Shown in pieces: positions 57,972-64,000 of a DNA stretch of 64,000 bases. A program made the position numbers and the translations under genes. Numbering within the stretch: position 1 is the stretch's first letter; every line of letters starts with the position of its first letter. The notes under the pieces are model-generated. The model ran no database searches, was not told the origin of the DNA, and saw only the letters and a program-made list of their open reading frames with translations. The DNA comes from an uncultured Hormoscilla sp. (GTDB taxonomy: Bacteria; Cyanobacteriota; Cyanobacteriia; Cyanobacteriales; Desertifilaceae), in assembly GCA_963921275.4 (NCBI GenBank), contig OZ001293.3, positions 4,352,001 through 4,416,000 of the forward strand, in the 5' to 3' direction.

Positions 57972-58997
57972 GTGGAACAAACAATTGCCAAGTATCCTCA
58001 TTTTCAGGTCTTAAATGAAAGGGACATCGATTGGCTAGTCTCTCAAGGAAGGCAGGGAGAATGCCAGGCCGGGGAAATTCTGATTCAAGCCGGTCGCCAG
58101 GTAGAGTTCATACATATTTCTCTGTCGGGAACTTTGGCGGTTACAGCTTACCGTCAAGGAGAAGGAGAGCGGGAACTTAAAAAACTCTATGCTGGAGAAA
58201 TGATGGGAGAGATGTCTTTTTTAGATAATCAACTCCCCCCGACGACCATTAAAGTCCTAAAACAGTCTCGGGTGCTGTCCATTTCTAAGCAAGAACTAGG
58301 ACACAAGTTGGAACGGGACGAAGATTTTGCGACTCGCTTTTATCACCTGCTGGCTTTGAAACTATCTAACCAGTTGCGAGGACTGTCGGAATTATTGAGT
58401 CAAAATCAAGGGAGGGCAAGTCAACCTTTGCGCAAGGTACTACTGGTATTCGCGATTTTGCAGGATAGGGATATTGCTTGGGCGATCGCCAATGGGGTCT
58501 CCCAAAAGCTATCGGCGGGTACGGTGCTAATCCAGCAGGGCAAACCGGTCACGGCTGTGTATATATTACTGGAAGGAACCTTGGGTATCTATATTTCTCT
58601 GCCCCATGGGGGAGTAATGGCTGCTAAGGAAGTGGGACAATCGATGAAAGGGGAAATTCTTGGGGAAATGTCCTTTGTAGAAACGGGAACGGCTTCGGCA
58701 ACGGTAAAGGCGATCGCAGATTCTTGGTGCTTGGCAATTCCCCAAGCTAAATTGGCGTCTAAGTTGGCAGGAGACCTTCGAGGCGCTGCCAGGTTTTATC
58801 GCTCGATCGCCATCCTGATGTCCAACCGCTGGCGGGAACGCCTCTTCCGTCGCGGGTTTGCTACCCTCTATGAGGAGGGAAAACAAATGCTTTCTGAAGA
58901 CATAGAAGTAGAAGATGAACTGGATTTAGACACGATCGAAGGAACTGCTATTGCCGGCACTCGCTTCGATTGGATGATTAGACAGTTAAGTCGATGA
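57972..58997 (+). CDS. Tandem cyclic-nucleotide-binding domain protein of NHLP export clusters
   Basis: Two cNMP domains (GEMMGEMSF, GEILGEMSF); AGGAGG RBS; cluster context. Confidence 0.85.
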   Translation: MEQTIAKYPHFQVLNERDIDWLVSQGRQGECQAGEILIQAGRQVEFIHISLSGTLAVTAYRQGEGERELKKLYAGEMMGEMSFLDNQLPPTTIKVLKQSRVLSISKQELGHKLERDEDFATRFYHLLALKLSNQLRGLSELLSQNQGRASQPLRKVLLVFAILQDRDIAWAIANGVSQKLSAGTVLIQQGKPVTAVYILLEGTLGIYISLPHGGVMAAKEVGQSMKGEILGEMSFVETGTASATVKAIADSWCLAIPQAKLASKLAGDLRGAARFYRSIAILMSNRWRERLFRRGFATLYEEGKQMLSEDIEVEDELDLDTIEGTAIAGTRFDWMIRQLSR

Positions 58998-59017
58998 TTG
59001 CGATCGAGGGAAAAGTC

Positions 59018-60640
59018 ATGTTTGGCCAGGATAAAAATGCAAAAAGGAATATTTTCCGCCAGGAATCCCTGGAACAACTCTCTTCACCAGAACGCTTGGA
59101 TCAGCTCATGCAGGCGATCGGCCCCAAGGACTGGCTGCCTTTAAAGGTGTTGGGAAGTCTAGTTTTCGCGGGATTGGTTTGGAGTATCTTCGGGCGCATT
59201 CCGATCGCCGTTGAAGGGCGAGGGATTCTTATCGATCCCCGTCGCGTCGCTAACTTGGAATCTCCTATTTCTGGTCAATTGTCCTCCTTAAATGTCCAAG
59301 CTGGTCAATGTGTTGCTCGGGACGAACTCCTGGCCACCATCGAACCTTCCGAATTGCGACAAAGGTTAAGGTCGGCCCAGAATCAAAAGACAGAATTACA
59401 ACGGCAATTCAATGAAACCACCATCCTTCTGTACCAAGGTGCTAACCTGGAAAAAGAGGCGATCGCCGCTTCCCAGGCCAGTATAGAGCAAAGCCTGCGG
59501 GACACCCGCTCCCTGACTCCCATTCTCAAAGATAAAGCCTTAAATTACCTTGCGGAACAACGCCGGAGTCTCCAACAACGCCTGGAGGATACCCAAGCAC
59601 TCACCCCCATTCTCAAAGACAAAGGTTTGGAGGCTATTGCCGAGCAACGGAATAGTCTCCAACAGCGCCTGGGTAATGCAAAAAAACTCTCGCCCATTTT
59701 GCGCGAAAGACTTGAAAAACGTCAGGCCCTGGCAGCAACAGGGGCGATCGAGCAAGATACCGTCCTGCAAGCAGAACAAGAATACATTGGCGCCCTGGAA
59801 AATATTGCTGACTTGGAAGCCGAACTGAAAAATCTGGATGTTCGGGAATCTGACGCCGAGCGACAATATCTGGAAAACCTCAGTCAGATTGGCAACCTCC
59901 AATCTCAACTCAAAGATTTAGATGTCAAAGAAGTAGAAGCGGAAAAGCAATATCTGGACAATCTTAATCGGATTAGCCAACTGGAAACCGAATTGCAAGA
60001 ATTAGAAACCAGGAAAAAGCGTTTGGAGCAAGAAAACCTCCAACAGCTCAACAGTAATAAAAATCAAATCCAGGAGGTAGAACGGGAGATTGCCCAACTG
60101 GAGCAACGGATTGCCGAGAACAGTAAAATTCTCAGTCCCAAGGCTGGCTGTATTTTAGAAATAACCGCTACCACCGGTCAGGTCGTCTCTCCAGGTACGC
60201 GCTTGGGGTCAATGAACATAGCGGGGAAAGAAAAAACCATCATGGGAGTCAGTTATTTTGCCATCTCTGACGGCAAGAAAATTGCCTTGGGAATGCCCAT
60301 TCAAATCACCCCTGACATTGTCAAGCGGCAGCGCTTCGGCGGGATTACCGGGACCGTTACTTCCATTTCCGAGTTTCCCGTCACCCAAGAAGGTGCAGCC
60401 ACGATTATCGGTAATCAGGAAGTCGTTAGTGGTTTAATTTCTGGGGGCGGCGTGATAGAAATTTGGGCCGAACTAGATGGGTCAGCCGACAGCTTCAGCG
60501 GTTACAAATGGTCTTCTTCCCAGGGACCCAAAATCAACATCACTCCCGGGACGACAACCACGGCCATAGTCCACGTAGAACAAAGGGCGCCGATTACTTT
60601 TGTCCTGCCAATTTTACGGGAGTGGACGGGCATATATTAG
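59018..60640 (+). CDS. NHLP bacteriocin system secretion protein (HlyD-like)
   Basis: IFRQESLEQLSSPERLDQLM, long coiled coil, YKWSSSQGP, RAPITFVLP. Confidence 0.9.
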   Translation: MFGQDKNAKRNIFRQESLEQLSSPERLDQLMQAIGPKDWLPLKVLGSLVFAGLVWSIFGRIPIAVEGRGILIDPRRVANLESPISGQLSSLNVQAGQCVARDELLATIEPSELRQRLRSAQNQKTELQRQFNETTILLYQGANLEKEAIAASQASIEQSLRDTRSLTPILKDKALNYLAEQRRSLQQRLEDTQALTPILKDKGLEAIAEQRNSLQQRLGNAKKLSPILRERLEKRQALAATGAIEQDTVLQAEQEYIGALENIADLEAELKNLDVRESDAERQYLENLSQIGNLQSQLKDLDVKEVEAEKQYLDNLNRISQLETELQELETRKKRLEQENLQQLNSNKNQIQEVEREIAQLEQRIAENSKILSPKAGCILEITATTGQVVSPGTRLGSMNIAGKEKTIMGVSYFAISDGKKIALGMPIQITPDIVKRQRFGGITGTVTSISEFPVTQEGAATIIGNQEVVSGLISGGGVIEIWAELDGSADSFSGYKWSSSQGPKINITPGTTTTAIVHVEQRAPITFVLPILREWTGIY

Positions 60641-60693
60641 GCGGATCGCCTACCCGTCAATTTTGAAGAAATAATTTGTAATTGTCAGCAGTC

Positions 60694-62880
60694 ATGGCGA
60701 AAAAAAATCAGAAAGACACACCTCAAATTCCCAAGCGGGTTAAAACCCCAACCTTGCTACAAATGGAAGTAGTTGAGTGCGGTGCCGCTGCCTTGGGAAT
60801 TATTTTGGCTTACCACGGTCTGATCTTGCCATTACCAGAACTCCGCAGCAGTTGCGGGGTTTCTCGGGATGGTAGTAAAGCTGTAAATATGCTCAAGGCT
60901 GCCAGAAGCTACGGAATGCAAGCCAAGGGGTTTAAGAAAGATATCGACCAACTCCGGGAAATTCCCCCGTCCTTTATTGTTTTTTGGAATTTCAATCACT
61001 TCCTCGTGGTCGAAGGTTTTGTGGGAAACCGAATTTATTTGAACGACCCGGCCACGGGACCGCGAACTGTATCCTTTGAGGAATTTAATCGCGCCTATAC
61101 TGGCGTTGTTCTGATTTGTTCGCCGGGACCGGAGTTCAAAAAAGGAGGACGTAAACCCAGCATTATCGGCTCCCTCTACAGTCGCTTAAAAAACTCCTTG
61201 GGGATAATTTTGTATTGTATTTTGGCCGGTCTTCTCTTGGTCATCCCCGGGTTGGCCGTTGCTGTCTTCACCCAAGTCTTTGTCGATCGCATTCTGGTAG
61301 AAAATCGGATGAATTGGCTGCGTCCGTTGATTCTGGGCATGATCCTGACCGCGATCTTCCAATCCCTGTTAACATTTCTGCAATTTCGCTATCTAAGACA
61401 TTTGCAGATTAAGCTCTCAGTGGAGATGTCAACGGGCTTTCTCTGGCACCTGCTGCGCTTGCCCGCACGGTTTTATGCCCAACGGTTTCCTGGAGAAATT
61501 GGCGATCGCCTCCGCATTAATACTAAGGTAGCCAGCGTGCTTTCGGGTCAGTTAGCCACCACGGTTATTGATGCCGTGGTGGTGGTTTTTTACGCGGCTG
61601 TCATGTTTTCCTATGACTGGTTACTGACTTTAATCGGTCTATTCTTTTCGGGAATTAATGTCCTGCTCCTGCAGTGGGTGGGGCGGCTACGCAAAGATAC
61701 CTACATCCGCTTGAGCCAAGACCAGAGCAAGTTAGCGGGTGTCGGCATTGCGGCTCTGCAAAGTATAGAAACCCTCAAGTCGGCTACCCTAGAATCGGAT
61801 TTCTTTGCCCGTTGGGGTGGATATTACGCTAAAGTTAGCAATGCTCAACAGCAAATGGGAATTGTCAATCAGACCTTGGGAATTCTGCCCTCTCTGATTA
61901 CTTCCTTGACGACCCTATTTCTCCTTGTCGTTGGCGGCCTGCGGGTGATGAACGGTTATATCAGTATTGGCATGTTGGTGGCCTTTCAGAGCTTGATGCA
62001 AAGCTTTCAAAGGCCAGTTAATACCCTAGTCTCATTTGCCAGTACCCTTCAGGAGTTAGAAGGAGATCTCAATCGCTTAGACGACGTGCTCGACAATGAG
62101 GTGGATGGGCAGCTGGAACGGGAACCTCAGGATAGCAACTCGACCTTCTTTAAGCTGCAAGGGCATCTGGAGCTACGCAACCTCACCTTTGGCTATTCGC
62201 GGCTCGATTCGCCCTTAATTGAGAACTTCAATCTCTCCTTACAACCCGGACAGCGAGTCGCCTTGGTTAGGAGTAGCGGTTCGGGGAAATCAACTATTGC
62301 TAAGCTAGTGGTAGGGCTATATGAACCTTGGTCTGGGGAAATTCTTTTTGATGGCATCGACAGGGCTAAAATTCCACGGGAAGTATTGACTAATTCCCTG
62401 TCGATGGTGGAGCAAGAAATTTTCTGGTTCGGCGGTACGGTGCGGGATAATTTGACCCTGTGGGACGATACGATTCCTAAGGACCAGTTAATCCGCGCCT
62501 GCGAGGATGCGGCAATTTTGGATGCGGTTTGGGCCATTCCAGGGGGACTGGAGGGAAATTTGCTGGAAGGAGCGGCCAACATGAGCGGAGGACAACGTCA
62601 GCGATTGGAAATTGCCCGGGCCTTGGTTAACAATCCTTCGATCTTGGTGATGGACGAGGCCACTAGCGCTTTAGATGCGGAAATGGAGAAGATTATTGAC
62701 CAAAATTTACGGCGCCGGGGCTGTACTTGCCTGCTCGTGGCCCACCGGTTGAGTACGATTCGCGATTGCGACGAGATTATCGTCTTGGAACAGGGAAAGG
62801 TGGTGCAGCGGGGAACTCACGACCAGATGCGGGACGTGGAAGGCGCCTATGCTCGCTTGATTCAGTCTGAGTTCGGTTAA
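60694..62880 (+). CDS. NHLP family export ABC transporter with C39 peptidase domain
   Basis: KTPTLLQMEVVECGAA, CGVSRDGS, NHFLV, NDPA, MSGGQRQRLE; Walker A reads RSSGSGKS. Confidence 0.92.
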   Translation: MAKKNQKDTPQIPKRVKTPTLLQMEVVECGAAALGIILAYHGLILPLPELRSSCGVSRDGSKAVNMLKAARSYGMQAKGFKKDIDQLREIPPSFIVFWNFNHFLVVEGFVGNRIYLNDPATGPRTVSFEEFNRAYTGVVLICSPGPEFKKGGRKPSIIGSLYSRLKNSLGIILYCILAGLLLVIPGLAVAVFTQVFVDRILVENRMNWLRPLILGMILTAIFQSLLTFLQFRYLRHLQIKLSVEMSTGFLWHLLRLPARFYAQRFPGEIGDRLRINTKVASVLSGQLATTVIDAVVVVFYAAVMFSYDWLLTLIGLFFSGINVLLLQWVGRLRKDTYIRLSQDQSKLAGVGIAALQSIETLKSATLESDFFARWGGYYAKVSNAQQQMGIVNQTLGILPSLITSLTTLFLLVVGGLRVMNGYISIGMLVAFQSLMQSFQRPVNTLVSFASTLQELEGDLNRLDDVLDNEVDGQLEREPQDSNSTFFKLQGHLELRNLTFGYSRLDSPLIENFNLSLQPGQRVALVRSSGSGKSTIAKLVVGLYEPWSGEILFDGIDRAKIPREVLTNSLSMVEQEIFWFGGTVRDNLTLWDDTIPKDQLIRACEDAAILDAVWAIPGGLEGNLLEGAANMSGGQRQRLEIARALVNNPSILVMDEATSALDAEMEKIIDQNLRRRGCTCLLVAHRLSTIRDCDEIIVLEQGKVVQRGTHDQMRDVEGAYARLIQSEFG

Positions 62881-62923
62881 TATGACGACAGCTTAAGTCC
62901 TGCCCTTAATATCGGCACTCTCT

Positions 62924-63016
62924 GCGCGACTCTGCGTTAAAGTCGCGCGACTCTGCGTTAAAGTCGCGCAACTCTGCGTTAAAGTCGCGCGACTCTGCGT
63001 TAAAGTCGCGCGACTT
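62924..63016. repeat. 21-bp tandem repeat GCGCGACTCTGCGTTAAAGTC, 4 units plus a partial
   Basis: Read directly; intergenic, after the transporter stop. Confidence 0.9.
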
Positions 63017-63361
63017 TGCCATAGAATCACGTGACTAATTTCTCAATCAATGTGACTTTAATCTAGATATGTAGCCCGCTGGCGCGGGCCCTCTCGACTT
63101 TGAAAAGGTTTGAGCAGGAACTTCTAGAGATGGGAGTCAAGGAACTGATTTAAGTAGATCCCCTCAGGGAAAAATTAGCAGATTGCGGTGAAGTAGTTAT
63201 TAGGGGAGTTACCTTCCCCGCCAGCCCCCAAGCAAGGGAAAAAGTAAAAAGAGGAAAGAAAATGATTCCAGAACTAGCGAAGCAACTATGTCTGTCAAAA
63301 AACGTCCGAATAGGGGGTGATGGAGGTGAAAAAAAAGTAGAAAGTAAAAGGAGGAAAGAAA

Positions 63362-64000
63362 ATAATTCCCGAACTAGTGAAGCAACAAGGGAACTTGATT
63401 TCCTTGGCCTGGAAGGATGAGGCATTCAAGCAAGTCCTTCTAAGCAATCCCTCTGAGGCGATCGCCTCAGAGTTGGGCATCTCTATCCCCCCAGGGACGG
63501 CGGTGCAGGTGCTGGAGGAAAAGGCCAACAGCCGCACGGTAGTCATCCCCCGGGAAGCCATAGGGCCAGAGAAACTGGAGCAGGTGAAAAGCCAGTGGGC
63601 AGAAGGGGAACTGTATCAGATAGCCAAGCTACTAGCTAGGGCGCAAGGAGAGGCGAAGTTCAAGGCATTCAGGCAAGTCCTTCTAAGCAATCCCAAAGAG
63701 GCGATCGCCTCAGAGTTGGGCATCTCTATCCCCCCAGGGACGACGGTGCAGGTGCTGGAGGAAAAGGCCAACAGCCGCACGGTAGTCATCCCCCGGGAAG
63801 CCATAGGGCCAGAGAAACTGGAGCAGGTGAAAAGCCAGTGGGGAGAAGGGGAACCGTATCAGATAGCTTCGCTGCTGGCCAGGGCGCAAGGAGAGGCGAA
63901 GTTCAAGCAGTTCCTGCTGTCCAGCCCCAAGCAGGCTATATCTAAGGCCCTGGGGACGGAACTCCCCCAGGATCTGGAAATTACCATGGTTTCCTCACAA
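63362..64000 (+). CDS. NHLP-leader RiPP precursor-like protein with at least three tandem leader domains (runs off window)
   Basis: Open frame from ATA 63362 or GTG 63377: LISLAWKDEAFKQVLLSNPSEAIASELGISIPPGTAVQVLEE..., repeated at a 243-bp offset; third unit FKQFLLSSPKQAISKALGTELPQDLEI; directly downstream of the NHLP transporters. Confidence 0.85.
   Translation, partial: MIPELVKQQGNLISLAWKDEAFKQVLLSNPSEAIASELGISIPPGTAVQVLEEKANSRTVVIPREAIGPEKLEQVKSQWAEGELYQIAKLLARAQGEAKFKAFRQVLLSNPKEAIASELGISIPPGTTVQVLEEKANSRTVVIPREAIGPEKLEQVKSQWGEGEPYQIASLLARAQGEAKFKQFLLSSPKQAISKALGTELPQDLEITMVSSQ

Noticed and set aside
63420..63906. Diversity-generating retroelement TR/VR pair (also considered for the 177-bp and 300-bp repeats)
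   Set aside because: Both copies lie in one reading frame, differences are not adenine-specific, and no reverse transcriptase is in the window

Overview
Cyanobacterial chromosomal DNA: HIP1 octamers (GCGATCGC) are dense, 7-bp STRR-type repeats occur, and the NDH-1 CO2-uptake operon is present. The genome appears to be decaying. Many accessory genes carry in-frame stops, frameshifts or insertions, while core genes (radC, moeB, hisZ, suhB, ureE/F/G, holA, ndhF3-ndhD3-cupA-cupS, two tRNA-Val) look intact. Main points: (1) three complete ORF-less group II introns. Two are near-identical 871-nt copies inserted antisense into host genes, and the third is nested inside a fourth, truncated intron. 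Rejoining the exons implies non-AY 3' ends. (2) Several families of very small mobile repeats, including a 22-24 bp element that inserts at HIP1 cores and sits in frame inside holA. (3) A decayed phage- or plasmid-like element (integrase arm, Sak4-like AAA ATPase, ParM-like actin). (4) An 8.7-kb TPR/FG-GAP/LRR-cadherin-RTX island between ureE and ureF, whose LRR array is built from shuffled cassettes. (5) An NHLP (proteusin-type) RiPP export cluster followed by an ORF, missing from the ORF track, that has at least three tandem NHLP leader domains and runs off the window. Family assignments come from motif recognition by eye; no database searches were run.
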